A DNA stretch of 64,000 bases from contig NC_086108.1 in NCBI RefSeq assembly GCF_963921235.1, forward strand, positions 1,426,001-1,490,000, read 5' to 3'. Positions 26,876 through 39,410 of the stretch are shown piece by piece. Under the pieces are notes generated by a model. The model had not been told where the DNA came from. It ran no database searches and was given only the letters and a program-made list of their open reading frames with translations. A program made the position numbers and the translations under genes. Positions within the stretch are counted from its first letter, which is position 1, and each line of letters opens with the position of its first letter. Source of the stretch: Mobula hypostoma (Eukaryota).

Positions 26876-27974
26876 ATCTCTGAAATTGGTTCCTTTTCTT
26901 TCATTGTTACTGAAATCAGTCTCACAACTTTGGAAGGAGATGAAATGCTAATAGTAGTGGTTTGACAGTGCGGAATTTCCCTGGATGTGTGCCAGGAATA
27001 GGCAAACAGGAATACATGAGATCATAGCTATTGATAGAAGGAAAAAATGCACTTGTCACTGGCTAATGAATGGAAGGGGGCTAGGGGCTGGGAGAGTATG
27101 CTGGACAAATGAAGCAGTCTTCCACAACACAGAGCTTCCTCATTATGGACAGAACCGGGCACTTTTGTACTCTGTGAACGTCCAAGCTGTGGGATAATCA
27201 CAAAACCTGTGGCTGGAATCTGTTCCTTGCTCTCCTTGGTGACTCAAAACTCTTTAAAAGTCATCGCTCTTTGTTCTGGCTCTGCAATTGGAATTTGCAG
27301 GGAAATCCCAGCTGATTTTTATGAGACTAACAAAAAAGTCTGGATTACTCTTTTTCTCAATTGGAGGCAGAATCATCCTTAATCTCTTCTCTGCCCCACC
27401 ATTACATTCTTCTCATGAACACAGTTACTCACCTTGCCATGAACACAAGGGACTCTCATATTCAAAGGTTCATTTACTGTCGAAGTAAATATGCAGTATA
27501 CAACTCAGATATTCATCTTCTCCAGATAGTCATGAAACCATGGAAGTTGTTCAAAGAAAAACTTCAACTCCCCCATGTCCCACACAAATAATGAAACAAA
27601 AACTCACAAAGCCTTAACTCCCAACCCCCCCACCTCACAAAAAAATAACAGATCACTACACATGGAAAAAGGCAACAAGAACATTAAACCCCAAATCCCC
27701 AACCCCCAGCACACCAATTGGCAACAAGAAAGAGTGGGCAAAAGACACAGAAAGCTTAAAGAGACCAATTGTCCATCGTCCAATCCATAGATCTCAGAAT
27801 TTCGGTAATATCCTCCTGTAGCATCGAAGAGAACACAATGACCACATTCAAGCTTGTTGTACTTCAGTAAACTCTCATACAAACAAATTCAACTTTATTG
27901 TCATTCAAACATACACATGTATACTGCCAAATGAAACAACATTCCTCCGCACAAGGTGAACAACACAATATGTG

Positions 27975-29075
27975 TAGAGGTGTACAAAATTATGAGGAGT
28001 ATAGATAGGGTAGATGAGGTTGGGTGGGGCAGCAACTGGAGATCATAGATTGAGGGTGAAAGGTGAAAAGTTTAAGGGGAATAAGAGAGGAAGCTTCTTC
28101 ACTCAGAGGGCGGTGAGAGTGTGGAACAAGCTGCCAGTGCATGTGAGCTCAAATTCAACGTTTAAGAGAACTCTGGACAGGTACATGGATGGTAGGGTGT
28201 CACGATTTCGTAATGTACCAGCAGCAAGAGATGACAAATTGAGTCGGGTTTTAATATAAAAACCACTATATTTATTTACATCTACTCAAAAATATAGAAA
28301 ATTAAATAAACTACTTTCTTAAACAGAAGTTAACAGTGCTATGTGTCTATAGCTCCCAAACAGTCAAACTTAGAACCCGTTCTTAACAAATCTTACTCAA
28401 GCACAGTCATATAGTGGCAGTTCAGAGAGTCCAGTAATTCACAAAATAGGTGAGAGGAGAGACTTGTGGACTCACAGCGCAGCGACGAGGCGATCACGAC
28501 GAATTCCAAAGATTCCACAGCTAGCGAACGAGGAAACGGTTACTGAAAATCCCAGCCGAGGAATACTGTTCGGAAGTCCACGAAGAGCGATTTCACAAAG
28601 TGGCTGTCACGAAATCCACACCCATGGATCATACGAAGAACAGACACGTCTCCACAATGCACAGTGGGCCGCTGATTAGCCTAATCTTTTAGGTATGGGT
28701 AAGCATTAGACTTGACCCTTCTCGATCGTGAGCTGTTCCCGGATAGCTCGAAGCCTGCGATCTTCACTCTCTCTCTCTTTCTTTCGACTCCTTCTCAACA
28801 CTATGCCCATATTTCTTTTATACTGTCGGCATACATCACAAGGTAACGCTCACAGAAATGAAACTGTGGACCCCCAGTAAAACAAAACTAGGGACACGTG
28901 ACGCCCACAGTAAACAAAACTGTGGAGTCCCCGGAAAACGAAACTGTGGGCACGTAACAAGGGGTATGGATGGCTATGGTCTGGGTGCAGGTCGATGAGA
29001 GTAGGCACCTTAAATGGTTTGGCATGGACTAGATGGGCCGAAGGGCCTGTTTCTGTGCTGTACTTTTCTATGACT
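27975..29075 (+). mobile_element. CR1 3' fragment split by a solo LTR
   Basis: SFFTQRAVRVWNKLP...LDRYMDGR stops at 28197 and resumes at 28960 with a CR1 3'UTR (GGGCCGAAGGGCCTG). Confidence 0.8.
28198..28959. mobile_element. Solo LTR, 762 bp, 4-bp TSD (AGGG)
   Basis: Ends TGTCACG...CGTAACA with AGGG on both sides. Removing it restores the CR1 sequence. Confidence 0.85.
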
Positions 29076-29151
29076 CCGTGAGTCTATAACTCACACACCA
29101 CGCATAATGTCACCAAAAATAAATTAATAAATGATAAAATATCATCTAGAA

Positions 29152-29231
29152 CAGGGGTTCCCAACCTTTTTTATGCCATGGACCAATAGCATTAAGCAAG
29201 GGGTCCGTGAACCCCAGATTGGGAACCCCTG
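29152..29231. mobile_element. 80-bp hAT MITE with 8-bp TSD
   Basis: TIRs CAGGGGTTCCCAA / TTGGGAACCCCTG; flanked by ATCTAGAA / TTCTAGAA. Confidence 0.9.
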
Positions 29232-29324
29232 TTCTAGAAGATTGACAATTAGCATAAGGTGCATTTGTGACACAAGTCAAAAAGTAAGAATAGCTGACGA
29301 GATCCGGGTGGTGGCAGGGAGTTC

Positions 29325-29455
29325 TCCAGGTGCTGGAGATCTTGAGCAACATACACAAAGTACTGGAGGAAATCAGCAGGTCAGGCAGCATCTATGAAGT
29401 TGACGTTTCCAGTCGAGACCTTTTCTCAGGTCTTGATGAAGGGTCTCAACCTGCA
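29325..29455. mobile_element. Penelope-type terminal repeat remnant with two opposed degenerate hammerhead motifs
   Basis: ACACAAAGTACTGGAGGAAATCAGCAGGTCAGGCAGCATCTATG is followed by GACGTTTC..CGAGACC..TCAGG (minus-strand motif) and TTGATGAAGGGTCTC (plus-strand motif). Confidence 0.7.
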
Positions 29456-29635
29456 GCACCAACAACATGTAAACAATACGTACTAATACAACATGGTACT
29501 GGTGGCTTTGTGGCCACGTTTGCAGACGATACAAAGATAGGTGGAGGAGCAGATAGTATTGGGGGAGCAGGGAGGCTGCAGAAGGTCTTGGATTGATTAG
29601 GAGAATGGGCAAAGAAGTGGCGAATAGACTACAGA

Positions 29636-29960
29636 GTGCAAAATTGACCAGATGTAACATTTTAGTAGGCTAAGCCTTGTTGTCATAGAAATGTGTCTGT
29701 TGGTAAAAATGGGTTTCATTTTTTGGAAGTTGGTTTTGGCAATGGCAATTTTTCTTTTTATTTCTACTTTACTTCTAGCATCTTGTGATATAAAGCTACC
29801 TAGGTAATTAAAGCTGGTCTTTTGTTCAATCTCTTGGTTACTGATGTACAATTGGCAGTTGGGAGTATCCTGCTGTTTTGATATTACCATACATTTTACA
29901 GTTGAGCTTTAGACCAAAATCTGCACTTGTTTGTACTACTTTGTCTTGGAGGATTTGTAC
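29636..29960 (-). mobile_element. RTE-clade LINE RT fragment
   Basis: FNYLGSFISQDARSKVEIKRKIAIAK...TRLSLLKCYIWSIL is typical of the RTE RT C-terminal region. Confidence 0.8.
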
Positions 29961-30371
29961 AAATTACAAATATAGAACACAAAATAATTGATTGCATAAG
30001 TTTTCACACATATGACACATAAAATCATCCTTGGTGCAGCCAGCTGGTTTTAGAAGTGACATATTTAAATGGAAATCTCTGTGGCGATCAAGTTGTTTCA
30101 ATTGACAGCAGTAAAAATACACGTATCTAGAAGATCTGGTGAGTCAGTATCCTGGCAAAAACTATGCCATGAAGACAAAACACTCTAAGCAACTCCGCGA
30201 AAAGGATATTGAAAACCATAACTCAAGAGATGGATACAAGAATATTTCCAAGTTACTGAATATCCCTTGGAGCACAGTTCAGTCACTCATCAAGAAATGG
30301 AAAGAATATGGCACAGCTGTAAATCTGCCTAGAGCAGTCTGTGTTCAAAAACTGAGTGACCATGTAAGAAA
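29960..30371 (+). mobile_element. Tc1 (family 2) 5' fragment
   Basis: HTH region MKTK...GYKNISKLLNIPWSTVQSLIKKWKEYGT, homologous to 55482-55768. Confidence 0.85.
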
Positions 30372-30624
30372 GCTTGTGAAAGGTTCAAAAACTAGGTAAT
30401 TTAGAGATCTAGAAGATTATAAGGCTAGCAGAAAGGAGTTTAAAAATGAAATTAGGAGAGCCAGAAGGGGCTATGAGAAGGCCTTGGTGAACAGGATTAA
30501 AGAAAACCCGAAGGCATTCTATAAGTACGTGAAGAGCAAGAGGATAAGACATAAGAGAATAGGACCAATCAAGTGTGAAAGTGGAAAAGTGTGTATGGAA
30601 CTGGAGGAGATAGCAGAGGTACTT

Positions 30625-31403
30625 AGAAACATAGAAACATAGAAAATAGGTGCAGGAGTAGGCCATTCGGCCCTTCGAGCCTGCACCGCCATTTATTATG
30701 ATCATGGCTGATCATCCAACTCAGAACCCAGCCTTCCCTCCATACCCCCTGACCCCTGTAGCCACAAGGGCCATATCTAACTTCCTTTTAAACATAGCTA
30801 ATGAACTGGCCTCAACAGTTTGCTGTGGCAGAGAATTCCACAGATTCACCACTCTCTGTGTGAAGAAGTTTTTCCTAATCTCGGTCCTAAAAGGCTTCCC
30901 CTCTATCCTCAAACTGTGACCCCTCGTTCTGGACTTCCCCAACATCGGGAACAATCTTCCTGCATCTAGCCTGTCCAATCCCTTTAGGATTTTATATGTT
31001 TCAATCAGATCCCCCTCAATCTTCTAAATTCCAACGAGTATAAGCCTAGTTCATCCAGTTTTTCATTATATGAAAGTCCTGCCATCCCAGGAATCAATCT
31101 GGTGAACCTTCTTTGTACTCCCTCTATGGCAAAGATGTCTTTCCTCAGATTAGGGGACCAAAACTGCACACAATACTCCAGGTGTGGTCTCACCAAGGCC
31201 TTGTACAACTGCAGTAGTACCTCCCTGCTCCCGTACTCGAATCCTCTCGCTATAAATGCCAGCATACCGTTCGCCTTTTTCACCGCCTGCTGTACCCGCA
31301 TGCCCACTTTCAATGACTGGTGTATAATGACACCCAGGTCTCGTTGCACCTCCCCTTTTCCTAATCGGCCACCATTCAGATAATAATCTGTTTTCCTATT
31401 TTT
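30625..31403 (-). mobile_element. CR1 family A short (~780 bp) 3' copy, TSD (T)ACTTA
   Basis: Same 5' end (KNRKTD) as the 25636 copy, with a 1-bp frameshift at ~31012. ACTTA flanks both sides. Confidence 0.95.
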
Positions 31404-31672
31404 ACTTAATGAATACTTTGCTTCAGTATTCACTACAGAAAAGGATCTTGGCAATTGTAAGGATGTCTTACAGCGGATTGAAAAGCTTGAGCATATCGAC
31501 ATTAAGAAAGAGGATGTCCTGGAGCTTTTGGAAAGCAACAATTTGGATAAGTCTCCGGGATCGGAGAACTTCTGGTCACCTCACTACAGGAAGGATGTGG
31601 AAACTATAGAAAGGATGCAGAGGAGATTTACAAGGATGTTGCCTGGATTGGGGAGCATGCCTTATGAGAATA

Positions 31673-34600
31673 ACCATATAACCATATAACAATTACAGCA
31701 TGGAAACAGGCCATCTCGGCCCTTCTAGTCTGTGCCGAACTCTTACTCTCACCTAGTCCCACCGACCTGCACTCAGCCCATAACCCTCCATTCCATTCCC
31801 GTCCATATAGCTGTCTAATTTTACTTTAAATGACAACATCGAACCTGCCTCAACCACTTCTGCTGGAAGCTCGTTCCACACAGCCACCACTCTCTGAGTA
31901 AAGAAGTTCCCCCTCGTGTCACCCCTAAACTTTTGCCCTTTAACTCTCAACTCATGTCCTCTTGTTTGAATCTCCCCCATTCTCAACAGAAAAAGCCTAT
32001 CCACATCAACTCTATCTATCCCTCTCATAATTTTAAATACCTCTATTAAGTCCCCCCTCAATCTTCTATGCTCCAAAGAATAAAGACCCAATTTGTTTAA
32101 CCTTTCTCTGTAACTTAGGTGCTGAAATCCAGGTAACATTCTAGTAAATCTTCTCTGTACTCTCTCTATTTTGTTGACATCTTTACTATAATTTGGTGAC
32201 CAGAACTGTACACAATACTCCAAATTTGGCCTTACCAATGCCTTGTACAATTTCAACATTACATCCCAACTCCTATACTCAATGCTCTGATTTATAAAGG
32301 CCAGCATACCAAAAGCTTTCTTCACCACCCTATCCACATGAGATTCCACCTTCAGGGAACTATGCACCATTATTCCTAGATCCCTCTGTTCTACTGCATT
32401 CTTCAATGCCCTACCATTTACCATGTACGTCCTATTTTGATTAGTCCTACCAAAATGTAGCACCTCACATTTATCAGCATTAAACTCCATCTGCCATCTT
32501 TCAGCCCACTCTTCTGACTGGCCTAAATCTCTCTGCAAGCTTTGCAATCCTACCTCATTATCCACAACATCACCTTAGTATCATCTGCATATTTACTAAT
32601 CCAATTTACCACCCCATCATCCAGATCATTAATGTATATGACAAACAACATTGGACCCAGTACAGATCCCTGAGGCACACCACTAGTCACCGGCCTCCAA
32701 CCTGACAAACAGTTATCCACCACTACTCTCTGACATCTCCCATCCAGTCATTGCTGAATCCATTTTACTACTTCAATATCAATACCTAACGATTGAACCT
32801 TCCTAACTAACCTTCTGTGTGGAACCTTGTCAAAGGCCTTACTGAAGTCCATATAGACAACATCCACCACTTTACCCTCGTCAATTTTCCTAGTAACCTC
32901 TTCAGAAAATTCAATAAGATTTGTCAAACATGACCTTCCATGCACAAATCCATGTTGTCTGTTCCTAATCAGATCCTTTCTATCCAGATGATTATATATA
33001 CCATCTCTAAGAATACTTTCCATCAATTTACCCACCACTGACATCAAACTCACAGGCCGATAATTGCTAGGTTTATTCTTAGAACCCTTTTTAAACAATG
33101 GAACAACATGAGCAATACGCCAATACTCCGGCACTATCCCCGTTTCTACTAACATTTGAAATATTTCTGTCAGAGCCCCTGCTATTTCTACACTAATTTC
33201 TCTCAAGGTCCTAGGGAATATCCTGTCAGGACCTGGAGACTTATCCACTTTTATATTCCTTAAAAGCACCAGTACTTCCTCTTCTTTAATCATCATAGTT
33301 TCCATAACTTCCCTACCAGTTTCTCTTACCTTACACAATTCAATATCCTTCTCCTTAGTGAATACCGAAGAAAAGAAATTGTTCAAAATCTGCCCCATCT
33401 CTTTTGGTTCCACACATAGCTGTCCACTCTGATTCTCTAAGGGACCAATTTTATCCCTCACTATCCTTTTGCTATTAATATAACTGTAGAAACCCTTTGG
33501 ATTTATTTTCACCTTACTTGCCAAAGCAACCTTGTATCTTCTTTTAACTTTTCTAATTTTTTTCTTAAGATTCTTTTTACATTCTTTATATTCCTCGAGC
33601 ACCTCATTTAATCCATGCTGCCTATATTTATTGTAGATATCTCTCTTCTTCCGAAGCAAGTTTCCAATATCTCTTGAAAAACATGGCTCTCTCAAACTTT
33701 TAACCTTTCCTTTCAACCTAACAACAACATAAAGTTTCTGTACCCTCAAAATTTCACCTTTAAATTACCCTCATTTCTCTATTACATCCTTCCCTTAAAA
33801 CAAGTTGTCCTAATCCACTCCTTCTAAATCCTTTCAAGTTAGCCTTTCTCCAATCAAAACTCTCAACCCTGGATCCAGACCTATCCTTCTCCATAATTAT
33901 ATTGAAACTAATGGTATCGTGATCACTGGAGCAGAAGTGCTCCCCAGCACATACCTCCGTCACCTGACCTATCTCATTCCCTAACAGGAGATCCAACACT
34001 GCCCCTTCTCTCGTTGGTATCTCTATGTATTGCTGCAAAAGACTATCCTGCACACATTTTACAAACTTCAAACCATCCAGCCCTTTTACAGTATGGGCTC
34101 CCCAGTCTATATATGGAAAATTAAAATCTCCCATGATCACAACCTTGTGCTGACTACAAATATCTACTATCTCTTTACAAATTTGCTCCTCCACTTCTCG
34201 CTCCCCATTAGGTGGTCTATAATACACCCCTATAAGTGTTCCTACACCTTTCCCATTCCTAATTCCACCCAAATAGCCTCCCTAGATGAGCCCTCTAATC
34301 TATCCTGCCAGAGCACCGCTGTAATATTTTCTCTGACAAGCAATGCAACACCTCCCCCTCTTATTCCTCCGATTCTATCACACCTGAAGCAATGAAATCC
34401 AGGAATATTTAGTTGCCAATCAAACCCCTCCTGCAACCATGTTTCACTAATAGCTACAACATCATATTTCCAGGTATCAATCCATGCTCTAAGCTCATCC
34501 ACCTTTCTTATAATGCTCCTCGCATTAAAATAAATGCATTTAAGAAATTTTCCACCTCTTACTCTCGGTTTATCACTAATGATGCAAACAACTTTACTAT

Positions 34601-36676
34601 TTTCTTTTTCTTCCTTCTCCCCTACATCTGTTCCAACACTCTGGTTCTCCTCTCCCCTTGTATCTAGTTTAAATCCACTGGAGCCTCTCTATGTCATAAG
34701 GTGGTGGCTGGGAATGCACCCAAGTGCAAGACACAGACACTGAAGTACTAGGGACAGGACTAGGATACAGGGTGAGGGCTAGGACATGGACACAAAAACC
34801 GGGAACCCAGAACAGGATGGGACAAGACAGCTAGGAGCCAGGGCTTGGAGTCCAAGCCAGAGATTGGACAAGGACCCAGAACCTGGGTCTTGCCTCTGGC
34901 TCGGACACCAGAACTAGGCAGGGATGTGACTTGGCTGGCATGCAGGCTAGAGTCTTCACGCTAGAGATTTGAGGCAAGGCTAGAGACCAGAGACTTGAGG
35001 CGAGGCTGGAGACCAGAGACTTGAGGCGAGGCTGGAGACCAGAGACTTGAGGCGAGGCTGGAGACTAGAGGCTTGAGGCTTGGGGTCTTGAAGCTTGGCT
35101 TGAGGCGAGGCTCGGCTAGAGACTTGGGATCTTGAAGCTCCTCCTGGGCAGGGCGCGGATCTCCACTCGACGGAGGCAAGGGACAGGAAGGGACAAGACC
35201 CACCGCAGGGTAACGGCAATCTGGCCTGGCTTACCCAACGGAGACAAGGGACAGGAAGGGAGCTAGGTACAGGGTGGCTCCAAGACAAGACTTCAGGCGA
35301 GACGAGGCGAGAGATACCAGCAAGACAAGGCAAGGCTTCAGGCAATGCAAGGTGAGACAAGAACTTCAGGCGAGGCGAGAGTACCGGCAAGACAAGGCAA
35401 GGAAACAGAAGGCAGGGGAAGGGATACGAGGAGTAAGGAAAAGACCAATCCAGCCACCACACCCTGGTCTCTGGAGGTATTTAACCAGTCAGCCCCAACG
35501 AGAATCAGCTGCTTCAATTGGTGCTCACCAGGAACAGAAACAGGGTAAACAGGAAAACCTGGAGCAAGGGTTGATGGACCGGACCGTGAACCGGAACGCA
35601 GACTTCACGGACCGGACCATAACACTCTAGCAAACCTACCTGCAAGAATACTTGTCCCCCTCCAGTTCAGATGCAAACCATCCCGCCTGAACAGGTCCCA
35701 CCTTCCCTGGAAAACTGCCCAATTATCTATAAATCTGAAGCCCTCCCTCCTGCACCATGTCTTCAGCCACGTGTTGATCTGTGCTATCTTACTATTTCTA
35801 AACCCGCCTGCATGTGGCACTGGTAGCAACCCCGAGATTGCTATCCTGGAGGTCCTGTCCTTTAACTTGGAGCCTAACTCCCTAAACTCAGCTTACAGGA
35901 CCTCCTCACTCTTCCTACCCACGTCATTGGTCCTTACATGGACCACGACATCCGGCTGTTCACCCTCCCTCTTGAGAATTCTGAGAACACGGCCTGAGGT
36001 ATCGCGGACCTTGGCACCAGGGAGGCAACAGACCATCCGGGATTCTTGATCTCTTCCACAGAACCTCTTATCTGTCCCCCTAACTATCGAATCCCCTATC
36101 ACTACTGCTCTCTTCTTTTCCCTCCTTCCCTCCTGACCTGAGGGTCCAGTCTCGGTGCCAGAGACGCAACCACTGCAACTTGTCCCTGGTAGGTCGTCCC
36201 CATCAACAGTATCCAAAACGATGTACTTATGTACTGTGGGAACGGCCACAGGGGTGCTCTGCTCATTCTGTCTATTCCCCTTCCCTCTCCTGACAGTCAC
36301 CCAGCTACCTGTCTCCTGACTCTCAGGGGTGACTATCTCCCTGTAACTCCTGTTTATTTCTGCCTCTGCCTTACGAATGATCCCAAGTTCATCCAGCTCC
36401 AGCACCAGTTCCCTAACTCGGTTTGTCAGGAGCTGCAGCTGGATGCACCTTTTACAGGTGAAATCATCAGGGACAATTGTGCTCACCCTGACTTTCCACA
36501 TACTGCAAATGGAGCACTCAACTGCCCAAACTGCTATCTCCATTACCTACTCTCAAGGTAATTAGATTTATTAAAGGAACTTACCCGGCCTTACCTCACT
36601 TGGAGTGAAGCTCTTCCTTAGCCTCTGCTCACTGAAGCCTCTCGAGTCAAAGCTTTCCTACTCTGTCTCCCACTAC
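31673..36676 (-). mobile_element. Near full-length CR1 LINE (family D): ORF1 zinc finger plus esterase and ORF2 APE-RT, both disrupted
   Basis: ORF1 CSIC...CKRC, GDS, TND and DGLHLN at 35605-36543; APE AISETWL, YYRPP, MGDFN and SDH; RT at 31753-33749; (ACCATATA)n tail; AATA duplication. Confidence 0.92.
34692..35624. mobile_element. Solo LTR, 933 bp, 5-bp TSD (CTCTA)
   Basis: Ends TGTCAT...ATAACA with CTCTA on both sides. It contains a 26-bp internal tandem GAGACCAGAGACTTGAGGCGAGGCTG at ~34983-35065. Confidence 0.88.
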
Positions 36677-37099
36677 AATAGGTTGAGTGAACTTGGCCTT
36701 TTCTCCTTGGAGCAACAGAGGATGAGAGGTGACCTGATAGAGGTGTACAAGATGATGAGAGGCATTGATCGTGTGGATAGTCAGAGGCTTTTTACCCAGG
36801 GCTGCAATTGCTAGCACGAGAGGGCGTAGTTTTAAGGTGCTTAGGAGTAGGTACAGAGGAGATGTCAGGGGTACGTTTTTTACACAGAGAGTGGTGAGTG
36901 CGGGGAATGGGCTGCCGGTGATGGTGGTGGAGGCAGATACGACAGGGTCTTTTAAGAGACTCCTGGATGGGTACATGGAGCTTAGAAAAATAGAGGGCTA
37001 TGGGTAAGCCTAGGTAATTTCTAAAGTAAGGACATGTTCAGCACAGCATTGTGGGCCAAAGGGCCTGTATTATGCTGTAGCTTTTCTATGTTTCTATTA

Positions 37100-37470
37100 A
37101 ACAACATGAACCGATTCTTCTTTATCTATCCTGCCTGTTGTTTCCTCAAAGAATTCCAACAGTTTTGTCACGCAAGATTTTCTTTTAAGGAAACTAAGCT
37201 GACTTTAGCCTATTTTACCATGTGCCCCCCAAGTACCCTGAAACCTCATCTTTAATAAAAAACTCCAACATCTTCCCAACCAGCGAAGTCAGGCTAACTG
37301 GCCTATAATTTCCTTTCTTCTGCCTCCCTCCCTTCTTAAAGAGTGGAGAGACATTTGCAATTTTCCAGTTCTCCAGAACCATTCTGGAATCTAGTAATTC
37401 TTGAAAGATCATTTCTGCCATCTGACATTCACTCCTGCCCCCTGACACTTGCATTTCTGGCATTCTGCGG
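37100..37470 (-). mobile_element. Old CR1 RT fragment
   Basis: [28 protein letters not shown]. Confidence 0.8.
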
Positions 37471-37648
37471 TAAAGAATGATGCAAAGTACTTGACAGGCC
37501 CAGTGGTTTATTCCTGCACCTAGTTCATGTATTCTTATTCAATAGTCTTATATCAGCAGGGTAGAAGCTATCCTTGAGCCTGGTGGGACATGCCTTCCGA
37601 CTTCTGCCCAATGGAGGGATGGCAAGAGGGAATGTCAGGGGTAGGTAG

Positions 37649-38810
37649 TGTTGTGCATTTAATATTTCAGTCGTATGCAAGTAATATTGTAAATATATTG
37701 TTTGATTAAGCATTCTTGTTTGTTTAAATATTTCATTATGGGTTTTATGTAGAAATAAGTGAATTGCATTGTCAGGATGCCACCTCGTGATACATGCGCG
37801 CCTTGCTTAAAGTAAAAATGAAACCAAGACCGTTCTCTTGGGCTCCTGTCTTTTTCCTTTCAACTAGATCTTTGTTTTATAGTTTCAAATCATGACAATG
37901 GTGACAAGATATTTTTAAAATGAACCCAAGACATCCGAGTTTAAGAAGAAGCACAGCAACACGGTCAAGTTTAAAAAAGCGCCGTACATTTTCTTTTGGA
38001 GTGGTGTGTTTTCTTTGCAAGAGGAAAGACAATCAAGTAGGCAGGAAACAGAAGAATTCACAATGAGTGCCGGGTGATAATAATCAATTAAAAAGAAGCT
38101 GAAATGGCGAGTTACATCATAAAGGTTGACATGTTTGATTACATAAAAGTTAACTGGAAAATGTATACAGAACTGGTTGAGCAGTATTTTAAAGCAAATG
38201 AAATAGCCAAAGATAAATGAATGTTAGTTTTGCTGAGTGTATTAGGTTTAAAGGCATACAATTTGCTTCAAATTTTATCAGCTCCAAGCAAACCAGCTGA
38301 AATGAACTTAGCTGATATCATAAAAGTAATGCAGGTACAAAACTATTGTTGATTGTAGAACACTTTAGGTTTCATTAGCGGAATCAAAAGGAAAGGGATT
38401 CCATTTCAGCATATTTGTCTGAATTGAAGAGATTGTCTGAGTATTGTCAGTACAGTGATGGGCTGAATGATACACTGAAAGATCGTTTAGTTTGAGCAAT
38501 CCTACAAGAAAGCATTTGAAAATATCTCCTAACTGAAGCACAGCTTACATTTAAAAGGGCATTTGAAAATGCTGGATCAATGGAAACAGCAGACAGAGAT
38601 ACATTTGTGTTGCTATCAGGAATGAAAGTGAACGTGAACAAAATTGCAGCATTTACACAAAAGCCTGCCTGGCCGAACAAATTGTGTTACTGTTGTGGCA
38701 GGGGCCAGTGCAGGTTTAAAGGTGAAAATCCAACAAAGTAGAACACATACAAAGAGCATATCAAGAACAAGGAAGAGAAAAAGATAAGAAGTCAATTGAA
38801 GTTTCTAAAA
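37649..38810 (+). mobile_element. Gypsy-like LTR retrotransposon relic: 5' LTR, PBS and gag pseudogene
   Basis: LTR TGTTG...TGACA at 37649-37897, PBS-like TGGTGACAAG, and gag-like WKMYTELVEQYFKANEI...AYNLL...APSKPAE with stops and a decayed zinc knuckle. A related LTR fragment is at ~48015-48180. Confidence 0.75.
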
Positions 38811-39029
38811 GAGGTTTGGACATGCTGGGCCTTTACTGCTTGGAGTGTAGGAGACTGAGAGGTGATTGGGAGGGAGTTTGGGTGTTGAAGTGTGGGTGTT
38901 GGGATGTGTGTGGGGTATCTATAGAGACTGAAGGCCCATTTAAAGAGGTCCTCAATAACAAAGAAGTCTACAGAAATTCACCATTTCCCTATTAACCCTC
39001 ACCAATATTTATAGATGCACCATAGGTTG

Positions 39030-39410
39030 TGGTGGCGGGGTGGATATAGGCCTCTAGCAAAGGAGATGTAAGGTGCTCTTTCCCTCTGCTAACCTGAAGG
39101 TCATCCTTGGGCAAGAGGTTGCACCTGCTTGGCCCCCTGATCAGGGTCACGTGAAGGCGTGGGGGGCAGGTGGTGGATGGTCGTATGAGCAGCCGGTGCA
39201 GATCACAAGTCCTGGGTATGCGACCACTGATGCCAGGCAGACAATCTCTGAAGAGTATTGATAATGACTGGGACCACCTGTCTGGTAAAGACACTGCCCA
39301 GAAGAAGGCAATTGCAAACTACCTCTGTAGAAAGATTTCCCAAGAACAATTATGGTCAAAAAGCCATGATCGCCCACAACATATGACATGGCACATAAAG
39401 ATGATGATGA
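39030..39410 (+). mobile_element. RTE-related SINE-like element
   Basis: GAAGAAGGCAATTGCAAACTAC resembles the Bov-A/Sauria-type RTE motif; the 3' end is CCATGATCGCCCAC...(ATG)n. Confidence 0.55.

Larger units (their letters stand above)
30372..37095 (+). mobile_element. CR1 family C host copy in pieces (30372-30624, 31404-31672, 36677-37095)
   Basis: The ORF2 text continues across both insertions (GAGGTACTTA|ATGAATAC and TATGAGAATA|GGTTGAGTG) and ends in a TTCTATGTTTCTA tail. Confidence 0.8.

Noticed and set aside
39030..39140. HDV-like ribozyme at the 5' end of the RTE-related element
   Set aside because: I could not build the nested double pseudoknot by eye. A descriptor search would be needed.
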